Origin: Rhodospirillaceae bacterium
Lineage (GTDB): Bacteria; Pseudomonadota; Alphaproteobacteria; Rhodospirillales; Casp-alpha2
NCBI GenBank assembly: GCA_018698795.1
Contig: JABIPG010000104.1
Location: forward strand, 8,011-72,010
DNA length: 64,000 nt
Reading direction: 5' to 3'
Positions 27,747 through 37,364 of this stretch are shown here, in pieces. A model generated the notes under the pieces. That model did no database searches. It was not told where the DNA came from and saw only the letters and a list, made by a program, of their open reading frames with translations. The stretch's first letter is position 1. Every line of letters starts with the position of its first letter. A program made the position numbers and the translations under genes.

Positions 27747-28220
27747 ATGAAAAAGTTTCTTGCGTTCGCCGTTACCTTGATGGTCGCCGCGACCCTGTCT
27801 CAGGCCGCCCACGCCGCCGATTTCTCCAAACAAATCAAGGCGCGCAAGGCCGTGATGCAGCTTTATGCCTTCAATGTCGGCCAGCTTGCTGCCATGGTGA
27901 AGGGCAAAATGCCCTATGACGCGGCAGCGGCGAGTGTCGCCGCCAACAACTTGTTGGCCGCGGCAAATATGAAACAGTCCGCCATGTGGCCGAAGGGCTC
28001 CGATGCCAGCGCGCCGGGCCTGGACGGCAAGACCCGCGCCAAGGCGGATATTTGGTCTCAGTACCCGAAAGTCGCCGAGGCCGGCAAGGGCCTGGTTGCG
28101 GCTGCAACGAAAATGGCCGCTGCAGCGGGCAACGGTGTTGATGGTATCAAAGCCAATTTCGGTGCCGTCGGCGGAGCCTGCAAGGCTTGCCACAAGCCGT
28201 TTCGCGCGCCGAAGAAATAG
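27747..28220 (+). CDS. Cytochrome c' (class II c-type cytochrome)
   Basis: Signal peptide, four-helix-bundle-length protein (157 aa) and a C-terminal heme site CKACHKPFR. Confidence 0.8.
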   Translation: MKKFLAFAVTLMVAATLSQAAHAADFSKQIKARKAVMQLYAFNVGQLAAMVKGKMPYDAAAASVAANNLLAAANMKQSAMWPKGSDASAPGLDGKTRAKADIWSQYPKVAEAGKGLVAAATKMAAAAGNGVDGIKANFGAVGGACKACHKPFRAPKK

Positions 28221-28231
28221 AGCGCCCCCCG

Positions 28232-28267
28232 CCCCTATCCCACCCCCTATCCCACCCCCTATCCCAC
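28232..28267. repeat. Perfect tandem repeat CCCCTATCCCAC x3 (12 nt)
   Basis: Read directly. Starts 11 nt after the cytochrome c' TAG and lies immediately upstream of the terminator hairpin. Confidence 0.95.
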
Positions 28268-28279
28268 TGGCGCGCACAG

Positions 28280-28319
28280 CCCTGCATCCCTCCATATCTG
28301 AGGGGGATGTGGGGTTTTT
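28280..28319 (+). terminator. Rho-independent terminator after cytochrome c'
   Basis: 13-bp stem (28280-28292 pairs with 28302-14, including 3 G-U pairs), 9-nt loop, followed by TTTTT (28315-28319). Confidence 0.7.
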
Positions 28320-28513
28320 CGTATTGAAGCTGTTGGCCTTAAAACCATCCCCTTGATTGCATCCGGGAATACGGTTCCTATACCAACCCGGTTTTCAAGT
28401 TCGCGAGAGGTAGGTGGCGACGGCTCGGCTGGCCTTTCACCGCGCCTTTCGCCGCCGCCGAACGATGAGACCGGGACACGAGATTAGAAAAGACATTTGC
28501 ACCAGGAAAAACC

Positions 28514-30046
28514 ATGACCGAATTGAAACCATCGACCATCCGCCTGAACCCAAACGACAACGTCGTGGTGGCGCAATCTGAAATCCCGGCCGGGACGCTG
28601 CTGTCGGACGATGCCATCACCACCACCGGCCCGGTGCCGCGCGGCCACAAGATCGCCACGGCGGCCATCGCAAAGGGTGAGCCGGCGCGCAAGTACGACC
28701 AGATCATCGGGTTCGCGTCCCAAGCCATCGCACCCGGCGACCACGTGCATTCGCACAATCTTGAATTCAAGGCGTTTGAGCGAGACTACGCCTTTTCCAG
28801 CGATTGCCGCGAGATCGATTGCGTGCCTGAAGCCCAGCGCCGGACGTTCGAGGGTTTTGTCCGCACCAACGGCAACGTCGGCACGCGCAATTATATCGGC
28901 GTGCTGACGTCGGTGAATTGTTCGGCCACAGTGGCGCGCCAAATCGGCGATACGGTCAACCGCTCAGGCGTGTTGGATGACTACCCGGAGATTGACGGGG
29001 TATCCGTGTTCAGCCACTCCACCGGATGCGGCATGGCGAACACGGGTGACGGGTACGGTAATCTGCAACGCACCATGGCAGGATTTGCGCGCCACCCGAA
29101 TTTTGCCGGTGTGTTGATGGTCGGCCTGGGCTGCGAGGTGGCACAAATTCCGGCTCTGATCGCGGGGCAGGATTTGCCCGACGACGAAAGTTTCCACGCC
29201 ATGACCATTCAAGATACCGGCGGCACCCGACGTACGGTGGAAGAGGGTGTGGCTAGGATTACCGCCATGTTGGAGGGCGCAAAGGGCATTCAGCGCCAGA
29301 GCGTGCCGGCGAGTGAGTTGACCGTGGCGCTGCAATGCGGTGGCTCAGACGCCTATTCCGGCATCACCGCCAACCCGGCCATGGGCGCGGCGGTGGATTT
29401 GTTGGTGGCGCAAGGTGGCACCGGCATTTTGGCCGAAACGCCCGAGATCTATGGCGCCGAACATCTGCTGACACGCCGCGCGATCAACCAAGAGATCGGC
29501 GAAAAGCTGATCGAACGTATCCGTTGGTGGGAAGATTATACGGCGCGCAACAATGGCTCCATGGATAACAATCCATCGCCCGGCAACAAGGCGGGTGGGC
29601 TGACGACGATCTTGGAGAAATCGCTGGGTGCGGCGGCCAAGGGCGGCACCACCAATCTCAACGGCGTCTATCGATATGCCGAGCGCGTGGATGCCAAGGG
29701 CTTCGTGTTCATGGACAGCCCCGGCTACGACCCGGCCTCCATCACCGGCGAGGTGGCGTCGGGCGCCAACTTGGTGACCTTCACCACCGGGCGGGGCTCC
29801 GTCTATGGCTGCAAGCCGGCACCGTCGATCAAACTGGCCACCAATTCGGAGATGTTTCAGCGCATGTCCGAAGACATGGACATCAACTGCGGGGTCATTG
29901 CCGATGGTGAGGTGAGTGTGCCGGAGATGGGCCAGGTGATATTCGACAAGATGCTCGATGTTGCCAGTGGTGAACGCTCCAAGTCCGAGCAACTCGGCTT
30001 TGGCGACAACGAGTTCATCCCGTGGCAAATCGGCGCGGTGATGTAG
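28514..30046 (+). CDS. UxaA-family hydro-lyase (altronate / galactarate dehydratase-like) with N-terminal SAF domain
   Basis: 510 aa. SAF-like N-terminus (IRLNPNDNVVVA...G.KIA). Conserved central and C-terminal UxaA segments (NYIGVLTSVNCSA, GGSDAYSG, FTTGRGS). Confidence 0.85.
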   Translation: MTELKPSTIRLNPNDNVVVAQSEIPAGTLLSDDAITTTGPVPRGHKIATAAIAKGEPARKYDQIIGFASQAIAPGDHVHSHNLEFKAFERDYAFSSDCREIDCVPEAQRRTFEGFVRTNGNVGTRNYIGVLTSVNCSATVARQIGDTVNRSGVLDDYPEIDGVSVFSHSTGCGMANTGDGYGNLQRTMAGFARHPNFAGVLMVGLGCEVAQIPALIAGQDLPDDESFHAMTIQDTGGTRRTVEEGVARITAMLEGAKGIQRQSVPASELTVALQCGGSDAYSGITANPAMGAAVDLLVAQGGTGILAETPEIYGAEHLLTRRAINQEIGEKLIERIRWWEDYTARNNGSMDNNPSPGNKAGGLTTILEKSLGAAAKGGTTNLNGVYRYAERVDAKGFVFMDSPGYDPASITGEVASGANLVTFTTGRGSVYGCKPAPSIKLATNSEMFQRMSEDMDINCGVIADGEVSVPEMGQVIFDKMLDVASGERSKSEQLGFGDNEFIPWQIGAVM

Positions 30047-30057
30047 CTGAGCTATCC

Positions 30058-30885
30058 TTAGCTCGGCGTGTCGCCGGCGATTTGCACCCGGCGCATGACC
30101 CGCCTGACGCGGTGGCTGTCGTCGATGGCTAGGTGTTTGGTGCAGCGATTGTCCCAAAATGCCACAGAGCCCGGGCGCCAGCGAAACCGGCAGGTGAACT
30201 CAGGCCGGTGGCCCCAATCCATCAACCACGCCAACAGTGGCCGGCTTTCATCTTCGCTCATGTTTTCCAGGCCGACGCTGTAGGAGTGGTTGACGAACAA
30301 TGCCTTGCGGCCGGTCTCGGGATGGGTGCGCACGACGGGGTGCAGATTGTAGGTTTCGCGCCAATCCGCGTCTTGGCGGGCTTTGGTGGCGCGGTTGTCG
30401 CTTCGTCCATGACCGGGCCCGGCGACAAGCCTGTCCGAGTTGACCGCCCTGAGGCCGTCGAGCATGCGTTTCATGCCATCCGATAAGGCCTCATAGGCCA
30501 AGTATTGGTTAGCGAACAAGGTATCGCCACCGTACGCGGGCACATCAACGCCATACAAGATCGCGCCCATGGGCGGTTGTGGGACCATCTGCGTATCGGC
30601 ATGCCAATCTTGGCCGACAATGGAAGTGTCGGTGGGTTCGCGGATGATATTGACGATTTCCGGGTCATCTCCGGGAACGAAAAACGGGTGTACGAAGATC
30701 TCGCCAAATCGCCGCGCCAAGCTTTTGTGCGCGCTGGCATCGAAATCTTGATCATGGAAAAACACAACGCCGAATTCGAGCAAGGCGCTCCGGATATCGG
30801 CGATCACGGCGTCACTTAACGGGGCGCCGAGATCGATGCCGGAGATTTCCGCGCCCAAGGCGCCAGCGACAGGGGTGATATCCAT
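30058..30885 (-). CDS. TauD/TfdA-family Fe(II)/2-oxoglutarate dioxygenase
   Basis: 275 aa. WHADTQ (His-x-Asp facial triad) and the C-terminal AFWDNRCTKH..D...RRVMRRV motif. Confidence 0.85.
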   Translation of the reverse strand: MDITPVAGALGAEISGIDLGAPLSDAVIADIRSALLEFGVVFFHDQDFDASAHKSLARRFGEIFVHPFFVPGDDPEIVNIIREPTDTSIVGQDWHADTQMVPQPPMGAILYGVDVPAYGGDTLFANQYLAYEALSDGMKRMLDGLRAVNSDRLVAGPGHGRSDNRATKARQDADWRETYNLHPVVRTHPETGRKALFVNHSYSVGLENMSEDESRPLLAWLMDWGHRPEFTCRFRWRPGSVAFWDNRCTKHLAIDDSHRVRRVMRRVQIAGDTPS

Positions 30886-30915
30886 GCTTGGATGCTGGCA
30901 CGGCGGATGAAGGAA

Positions 30916-30971
30916 TTCAATTCCCCAGGTTCAATTCCCCAGGTTCAAATCTCCAGGTTCAAATCTCAAGC
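30916..30971. repeat. 14-nt tandem repeat x4 (TTCAATTCCCCAGG x2, TTCAAATCTCCAGG, TTCAAATCTCAAGC)
   Basis: Read directly. The last unit contains the last four codons and the TGA stop of the GNAT gene (minus strand). The array fills most of the 73-nt spacer before the TauD start. Confidence 0.95.
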
Positions 30972-31468
30972 ACGCGCGTCATGTAGACGCTGTTGGGGTC
31001 GAGCGTGTAATCGCCGAACGGTCCGCATTCGACAAAATCGAAACTTTCATAAAACGCCCGTGCCGGCTGGAAGCCATCCATGCTTCCGGTCTCAAGGCTG
31101 AGCCGCACGTAGTTCCGGGCTTCTGCCTCGGCAATGATGAACTGTAAAATTTCGCGCCCTACGCCCTGGCCGCGATGGCGTTCTACGGCGTGCATGGATT
31201 TGATCTCACCATGATCGGACGCCAATTCGCGTAGCGCACCACATCCTATTATTTCGCCACCGTCTCCAGCACCGTCTCCAACACCGTCTCCAGCGCTGTC
31301 CCCGGCACCGCTCCAGGCACTCCAAAACGTGATCTCCGGTACGCGGAGGCCGTCGAGGTCCAACGCATAGATGCTTTCGGGTGGCGTGTGCTGGGCCATA
31401 AAACCCAGATGCGCGCGTAATAGCTCGGCGATCTCCGGTCCCTGCAGGTCGTCTTCGCGAATGATCAT
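30959..31468 (-). CDS. GNAT-family N-acetyltransferase with an internal (G-D-G-x)n insertion
   Basis: Acetyl-CoA motif RHRGQGVGREILQFIIAEAE. Insertion SGAGDSAGDGVGDGAGDGGE is encoded by a 12-nt tandem repeat. Confidence 0.8.
   Translation of the reverse strand: MIIREDDLQGPEIAELLRAHLGFMAQHTPPESIYALDLDGLRVPEITFWSAWSGAGDSAGDGVGDGAGDGGEIIGCGALRELASDHGEIKSMHAVERHRGQGVGREILQFIIAEAEARNYVRLSLETGSMDGFQPARAFYESFDFVECGPFGDYTLDPNSVYMTRVLEI
31258..31317. repeat. In-frame 12-nt tandem repeat x5 inside the GNAT gene (CACCGTCTCCAG-like units)
   Basis: Units at 31258, 31270, 31282 (near perfect) and 31294, 31306 (degenerate). They encode GDGx repeats on the minus strand. Confidence 0.9.
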
Positions 31469-31570
31469 AGCTACGCATTATCTTTCTATTGCGCATCTGT
31501 CAAAACAGCTCGCGCCTTGCTTCGCCTGCCCATATGCTAGAATGCAACGATTCGCGGAGGAATTCAGGGC

Positions 31571-33478
31571 GTGACCCCGCAACTCTCAATTTTCCGATTG
31601 ATGTCCAGGTTGTCCAGGGTGGCCGCTGCGGCCCTCGCTGTGCTTGGCGCAGGGTTGACGCCCGCTCATGGCGATTGGTTGAAAGACCCGAACAACCAGT
31701 GCTCGGTTTGGGATTGGGGACAGCCGGCGCATGATGGCGTGACGTGGCTGGGGCCTTGCGAGGACGGCAAGGCGTCGGGCCCCGGTGTGCTGCAGTTCTA
31801 CCGCAAAAAATTACAGGGCGATCGCTACGAAGGCGCCATTGAGGTCGGATTGCGCAACGGCAACGGCACGCTCGTCGCCACCGACGGTACGCGCTATGAC
31901 GGACAATGGTTGAAAGGCCGACGACACGGCCCCGGCACTTGGCGCAACCTTGATGGCGACATCTATGACGGCGGCTGGGTCGATGGGTTGCCCGAGGGGC
32001 GCGGCACCTGGGTCGGCGCTGCCGGTGATCGCTACGAAGGCAACTGGAAAGCCGGCAAAAATCACGGACAAGGTGTTTTCACGTCAACGCGCGGCGATAT
32101 CTATGACGGCCAATGGAAGGCCGGCGTGCAGCACGGCAAGGGCAAATGGAAAAGCGCCGACGGGCACGCTTATGAAGGCGATTTCGTTGACGGCGTATGG
32201 CAGGGGCGCGGCGTTTACATCGATCGCACGCGCACCTACGCCGGACAGTTTCTCGCCGGCAAGCCCACTGGCAAGGGCCTGATCGAATGGCCCGGCGGCG
32301 ATCATTACGAAGGTGACGTGGTCGATGGCACACCGCACGGCAAGGGCGTGTGGAAAAACCGCGATGGGCATACCTACGAAGGCGATTTCGTCGAGGGCCA
32401 ATGGCATGGGCGCGGTCTATATAAAGAAGGCGAACGTACCTATAAAGGCGCATTCCGTACTGGCCGCCAGAGCGGAGCGGGAGAGATCGTCTGGGCCAAC
32501 GGTGACAAGTATACGGGCGAACTGATGGACGGGAAGCCGCACGGCCAAGGGCGGTTTATTCAGGTTTCGGGTGAGCGCTATGAAGGTGAGTGGCGTGGCG
32601 GCTTGAAGAACGGTGAGGGCGTGTGGTCGAAGGGCGCCGAGACCTATCGCGGCGCTTGGCAAGCCGGCAAACGCCATGGCAAAGGCGTGTGGGAAGGCCC
32701 CAAAAACGAGCACTACGAGGGCGATTGGTGGGCCGGTAGACGCCAGGGCCTGGGCGTGTGGACGCTGGTTGACGGCGGGCGCTATGACGGCGGCTTTGCC
32801 GATGACAAGCGCAACGGCGATGGCGTGCAAACGTTCGCCAACGGCGACAAGTACGAAGGCCAATGGCGGGACGGGCGATTTCATGGGGTCGGCGTGCTGG
32901 AGCTCGCCGCGAGCGGCCGTTACGTCGGGGACTTTTTCGCCGGCGTCATGCACGGCAGGGGGCTGCGCGCGGATGGGCGAGGCAATAGCTACGAAGGCGC
33001 TTTCGTCAACGGTATCCCCCAAGGCAAAGGTGTGTCGCGTACTGCCACCGGCGATGTTTACGTCGGCGCTTTCAAGGACGGCGAAGCGCAAGGACAGGGC
33101 AAGCTGACCTATGCATCCGGCGATAAATATGAAGGTGAATTCGTTGCCGGTCGCATTGAAGGCCAAGGGGTGTTGCTTCGATCCGACGGTCGCTACCAAG
33201 GTGAATGGAGAGCCGATCAGCAACATGGCCGCGGCATCTGGGTTGGAAACGACGGCACGGTTTATGACGGCACCTATCTGCAGGGCATCCGCCATGGTGT
33301 TGGTGTCCTGACTTTTCCCGACGGCAGCCGCTACGAGGGCATGTTTGCCAACGGCAAGCGCCATGGAACAGGAACCTGCCGAGACGGCGAGGGGAAATGG
33401 GGCATTTGCGAGTTCGAGGATAATCGGTTTAAGCGCTGGCTTTCGCAGCGCCCAGACGCTTCGGCGGCGGCGAAGTGA
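31571..33478 (+). CDS. Secreted MORN-repeat protein (~23 consecutive 23-aa MORN units)
   Basis: GTG start and signal peptide (SRVAAAALAVLGAGLTPAHG). Then 23 units of Y-[ED]-G-x-[WF]-x-x-G-x-x-x-G-x-G counted by eye. Confidence 0.85.
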   Translation: MTPQLSIFRLMSRLSRVAAAALAVLGAGLTPAHGDWLKDPNNQCSVWDWGQPAHDGVTWLGPCEDGKASGPGVLQFYRKKLQGDRYEGAIEVGLRNGNGTLVATDGTRYDGQWLKGRRHGPGTWRNLDGDIYDGGWVDGLPEGRGTWVGAAGDRYEGNWKAGKNHGQGVFTSTRGDIYDGQWKAGVQHGKGKWKSADGHAYEGDFVDGVWQGRGVYIDRTRTYAGQFLAGKPTGKGLIEWPGGDHYEGDVVDGTPHGKGVWKNRDGHTYEGDFVEGQWHGRGLYKEGERTYKGAFRTGRQSGAGEIVWANGDKYTGELMDGKPHGQGRFIQVSGERYEGEWRGGLKNGEGVWSKGAETYRGAWQAGKRHGKGVWEGPKNEHYEGDWWAGRRQGLGVWTLVDGGRYDGGFADDKRNGDGVQTFANGDKYEGQWRDGRFHGVGVLELAASGRYVGDFFAGVMHGRGLRADGRGNSYEGAFVNGIPQGKGVSRTATGDVYVGAFKDGEAQGQGKLTYASGDKYEGEFVAGRIEGQGVLLRSDGRYQGEWRADQQHGRGIWVGNDGTVYDGTYLQGIRHGVGVLTFPDGSRYEGMFANGKRHGTGTCRDGEGKWGICEFEDNRFKRWLSQRPDASAAAK

Positions 33479-33484
33479 GCTTCG

Positions 33485-33859
33485 TCAGGCTTTCTCTCGT
33501 GGCAGGTGCGCGAAGGTTTTATTGACGATGCGCCAACCATTGTCGAAGCGCAGCAGCGTCAGGAAATCAGTAAACCGAAGTCCTTTATAGAGGTCTTTCA
33601 CTTTTACGGCCGCCGCACTGTCGGCAATGTCGATGGAGATGATCTCCATATCGAAGGCCTCACCGTCATCGGCGGGCGCACTGACGCCGCCGATAAAATC
33701 GATAAACTTGGCGATGGGCGCATCGATCAGCTTGCCCTCGTCCCAGCCATTGATGCGGGCGTCCGTATGAAAGGCGCGGCTCAACCGCGTCGTATCCGAA
33801 CGGTACATGCCGTGGAAATAATCATCGATGATGGCGCGGATTTGCTGTTCGTCGTCCAT
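33485..33859 (-). CDS. NTF2-like (SnoaL / putative lumazine-binding family) protein
   Basis: IRAIIDDYFHGMYRSD ... ISIDIADSAAAVKV ... FTDFLTLLRFDNGWRIVNKTF pattern. Started at the internal ATG 33859. Confidence 0.65.
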   Translation of the reverse strand: MDDEQQIRAIIDDYFHGMYRSDTTRLSRAFHTDARINGWDEGKLIDAPIAKFIDFIGGVSAPADDGEAFDMEIISIDIADSAAAVKVKDLYKGLRFTDFLTLLRFDNGWRIVNKTFAHLPREKA

Positions 33860-33885
33860 ACCGGGAGTGTAGCGGTGCGGAGGCG

Positions 33886-34227
33886 CTAGTGCAAAAGCGC
33901 CGGCATCACGATCCAACGGCCAGAGCGGCGCAGCAGGGTCAGGCGATTGACCACCACCTGTGAGGCCATGTCGCCGTGCACCACCTCGGCCCACGAAACC
34001 ATGGCAACGTCCCCCAGGAGCGCGACAGTTGCGGCGGCGTCTTCGAGGCGAAGCGCCCCGTCGACGAGGGGTGGCGCCGAACCACCGTGCTCCTGGGAGA
34101 TTGCCGGGAGGAGAGACCCATCATCATTCATGAAGTCGGCCACCAGGCGTCGTACGGTTTCAATGTCCCGATCCGTATGCGTGTCACCGTCGAAGTTACG
34201 CTGGCGCTTGTTCATGTTGGCCTCCAT
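33886..34227 (-). CDS. Hypothetical protein, possibly NTF2-like (DUF4440-type)
   Basis: 113-aa ORF. The C-terminal RLTLLRRSGRWIVMPA resembles NTF2-fold ends. No stronger evidence. Confidence 0.4.
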   Translation of the reverse strand: MEANMNKRQRNFDGDTHTDRDIETVRRLVADFMNDDGSLLPAISQEHGGSAPPLVDGALRLEDAAATVALLGDVAMVSWAEVVHGDMASQVVVNRLTLLRRSGRWIVMPALLH

Positions 34228-34361
34228 TCCCTTTACTTGACCCTGCCGAAGGGTGTGAGGATCAAGCTACAGAGGAACGGTATTTGGGTCATTCGAAAGA
34301 GAAGGCGGAACATTAACAGAACATTACGGAACCGAAATGTTTTCTCGGTCTTGCCAGAACC

Positions 34362-36956
34362 GTGGCCTCAGGCAATGCTGCGGGAATGCAAATCAACTCA
34401 CAAAATGATACTGGCGAACCGCGCATCATTGCCGTTTTGGGTGCGACCAATACCGGCAAGACGCATTTCGCCATGGACCGCATGCTGGCGCACGAATCCG
34501 GCATGATCGGTTTTCCGCTTCGATTGCTGGCACGCGAGAACTACGACCGCGCGGTCAAGATTAAGGGCGCGAACCAGGTGGCGCTGATTACGGGCGAAGA
34601 AAAAATCGTCCCCAAAGGCGCGCGTTATTTTTTGTGTACCACCGAGGCCATGCCGACAACCCGTCCGGTGGCGTTCCTTGGTATTGATGAAATTCAGATG
34701 TGTGCCGACCCGGATCGCGGGCATGTTTTCACGGATCGCCTGCTGCACGCGCGCGGCCGTTTCGAGACCATGTTCATGGGCGCCGATACCATCAAGCCAT
34801 TGATCCGTGCTTTGGTGCCGCAGGCGGAGTTTGTCGCGCGACCGAGGCTCTCGACGCTCAGCTATGTGGGGCCGCGCAAGATGGCGCGCTTGCCTAGGCG
34901 GACGGCGATTGTCGCGTTCACGGCGAGTGAAGTCTATGCCATGGCCGAACTGATCCGCCGCCAGCGCGGTGGCGCTGCGGTCATCATGGGCGCCTTGAGC
35001 CCACGCACCCGCAATGCGCAAGTCGAGCTCTATCAATCGGGAGAAGTGGATTTCCTGGTCGCCACAGACGCCATCGGCATGGGCCTCAATATGGACGTCG
35101 ATCATGTGGCTTTTGCCCAGGTGCGCAAATTCGACGGCCGTCAACACCGCTCCCTCGCGGCATCGGAGCTGGCGCAGGTGGCGGGGCGCGCGGGGCGTCA
35201 CATGAACGATGGCACGTTTGGCACAACGGCGGCACTATCCGCCTTCGATGAGGAAGCCGTCCGGCGCATTGAGGAACACGACTTCCCGCCTTTGGAAAAA
35301 GTATTTTGGCGAAACAGCCGCCTCGAATTTCGCAGCCTCGACACATTGCAACGCAGCCTCGCCGAGGTGCCGGATCTGCCCTACCTGATGCGGGCTCGCC
35401 CGGCCGACGACGAAATCTCGTTGCGCTCACTTACCGCTAACAAGGATGTCGCAGCCCTGGCTTCTAACCCAGAGGCCGTGCGGCTGTTGTGGGAGGTTTG
35501 CCGGATTCCGGATTTCCGCAAAGTGGCGAGTGACGCACACACGCGACTGCTTGGCGAAATCTATGGCCATCTGCGCTCCGATGAAGGGCGCCTGCCGACG
35601 GACTGGCTGGCCGGGCAGATTGATCGCCTGGACCGAACCGGCGGCGATATCGAGACGCTGACTCAGCGCATCGCCGGCATCCGGATATGGACATACGTGG
35701 CGTTCCATGCCGATTGGGTCACGGACCCGGCGCATTGGCGCGAGCGCACCCGCGAGATTGAAGACAAGCTCTCCGATGTGCTGCATGAACGGCTGATCCA
35801 ACGCTTCGTCGACAAACGCACGGCGCATCTGGTGCGCCGTTTGAACGAAGACCGGGATCTGCTTGGCGCCGTGCGCGCCGACGGCGAGGTTTTGGTGGAG
35901 GGCCATTCCGTTGGGCGATTGTCCGGGTTTCGGTTCACCGCAGACCATGGCGCTGATGGGGCCGATGGCGTGGCGGCGGCGCGCGCCGTCGAGCGTGCCG
36001 CGGCGATTGCGCTTCGCCAGGAGATCGAACACCGCGTCGTCTCACTTGTGGCTTGTGCCGACGATCAGATCGCCATTGCCGATCCACGTACCGCAGAGAC
36101 GCCGGATTTGTTGTGGCAAAGCACGCCGGTCGCCCGCGTGGTTCCGGGTTCAGAACTGCTGCGCCCGCAGTTGTACATTTTCAAAAGCGAGTTACTGGAC
36201 GGTGCACAGGAGCGGCGGGTCCGGGAACGTTTGGAGCGTTGGTTGCGCGATCATTTGCATCGCATGCTGGCACCTTTGTTTATCGATACGTCGGCGCTTC
36301 CTTCCGGTGCGGCGCGTGGCCTGCACTTTCGTCTCACCGAGCATTTGGGCTCCATGCCGCGCGCGTTGGTTAAAGCAGAGATCGAGGCACTCGACAAAGA
36401 AAGCCGTCGCGCGCTCCGGGCTACCGGCATTCACATCGGACGTGAGTCCGTGTATGCGCCGGTGTTGTTGAAATCGAAACCGGTTGCCCTGCGAGGTCTG
36501 CTTTGGGCGCTGCAAAATGTGATGACGCTGCCTTTGCCGTTGCCCGCCGATGGCCGGGCATCGATCCCGACGGGAAGGGAGTTTCCGGCGGCATTTCTGG
36601 AGGCCATTGGTTATCGACCGTTGGGTCCCGTTGCGGTGCGCCTGGAAATTCTGGAACGCGTGGCTGCCGATGCCTGGGATCTGAGCGCCAAAGGGCCCTT
36701 CGAAGAACCGGCGCCGTTGATGAACTTGATGGGGTGTGGAGCTGACGGCTTGGCAGAAGTGTTAAAACAGCTGGGTTATCAGAGCCAGAAAAAAGGCGAG
36801 CAAACCATCTATCGTCCGAAACGGCGCGAAGCAGGGCGTACGGGCAAGCCGCGTGTACCAAAAGGCGCGAAATCGGCACCGAACCCGAAAATCGATGAGG
36901 ATTCACCTTTCGCTAAACTGCGTGAGCTCAAAATCGGCGGTGCGGGCAGCGCATGA
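34362..36956 (+). CDS. Superfamily-2 helicase-related protein (SUV3-like), long C-terminal extension
   Basis: Walker A GATNTGKTH, DEIQ box (GIDEIQMCAD), helicase C motifs (VATDAIGMGLN, QVAGRAGR). Start uncertain (GTG 34362 or ATG 34386). Confidence 0.8.
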   Translation: MASGNAAGMQINSQNDTGEPRIIAVLGATNTGKTHFAMDRMLAHESGMIGFPLRLLARENYDRAVKIKGANQVALITGEEKIVPKGARYFLCTTEAMPTTRPVAFLGIDEIQMCADPDRGHVFTDRLLHARGRFETMFMGADTIKPLIRALVPQAEFVARPRLSTLSYVGPRKMARLPRRTAIVAFTASEVYAMAELIRRQRGGAAVIMGALSPRTRNAQVELYQSGEVDFLVATDAIGMGLNMDVDHVAFAQVRKFDGRQHRSLAASELAQVAGRAGRHMNDGTFGTTAALSAFDEEAVRRIEEHDFPPLEKVFWRNSRLEFRSLDTLQRSLAEVPDLPYLMRARPADDEISLRSLTANKDVAALASNPEAVRLLWEVCRIPDFRKVASDAHTRLLGEIYGHLRSDEGRLPTDWLAGQIDRLDRTGGDIETLTQRIAGIRIWTYVAFHADWVTDPAHWRERTREIEDKLSDVLHERLIQRFVDKRTAHLVRRLNEDRDLLGAVRADGEVLVEGHSVGRLSGFRFTADHGADGADGVAAARAVERAAAIALRQEIEHRVVSLVACADDQIAIADPRTAETPDLLWQSTPVARVVPGSELLRPQLYIFKSELLDGAQERRVRERLERWLRDHLHRMLAPLFIDTSALPSGAARGLHFRLTEHLGSMPRALVKAEIEALDKESRRALRATGIHIGRESVYAPVLLKSKPVALRGLLWALQNVMTLPLPLPADGRASIPTGREFPAAFLEAIGYRPLGPVAVRLEILERVAADAWDLSAKGPFEEPAPLMNLMGCGADGLAEVLKQLGYQSQKKGEQTIYRPKRREAGRTGKPRVPKGAKSAPNPKIDEDSPFAKLRELKIGGAGSA

Positions 36957-37339
36957 GCGCCAGCAAAGACGTTCGTGTTGATAAATGGCTGTGGTACGCG
37001 CGGTTTTTTAAAAGCCGTTCTTTGGCAACACAGTTTTGCCAAGCTGGAAAGTTGCGCATCGATGGCACCATCGTTAAGAAGGCGCATCATTCGGTGCGCC
37101 CCGGCGAAGTCCTTACCTTCGCGCGTGGACATCAAGTGCGGGTGATCAAGGTCTTGGCGCTGGGCACCCGCCGGGGACCGGCGCCAGAGGCCCAGTCCCT
37201 GTACGAGGATATGTCGCCGCCCGCGCCGCCCCGTAAGGGCAAACCCGGCGCGGCTGCAAAACCCATGGCCCGCGAGCCGGGAAGCGGCCGGCCAACAAAA
37301 CGCGAGCGCCGCCAGTTGGACAAACTGATCGGCGAGTAA
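36953..37339 (+). CDS. S4-domain RNA-binding protein (Hsp15/HslR-like)
   Basis: VRVDKWLWYARFFKSRSLATQFCQAGKLRIDG S4 motif. ATGA overlap with the helicase stop. Confidence 0.8.
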   Translation: MSASKDVRVDKWLWYARFFKSRSLATQFCQAGKLRIDGTIVKKAHHSVRPGEVLTFARGHQVRVIKVLALGTRRGPAPEAQSLYEDMSPPAPPRKGKPGAAAKPMAREPGSGRPTKRERRQLDKLIGE

Positions 37340-37364
37340 AAATTGAACCAACGGAGTACATTAA

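Noticed and set aside
28232-28267. CRISPR array interpretation of the short tandem repeats (also 30916-30971, 40326-40409, 43649-43675, 61314-61349)
   Set aside because: The units are only 9-14 nt and directly abutting, with no spacers, and no cas genes are present. They are micro/minisatellites, not CRISPRs.
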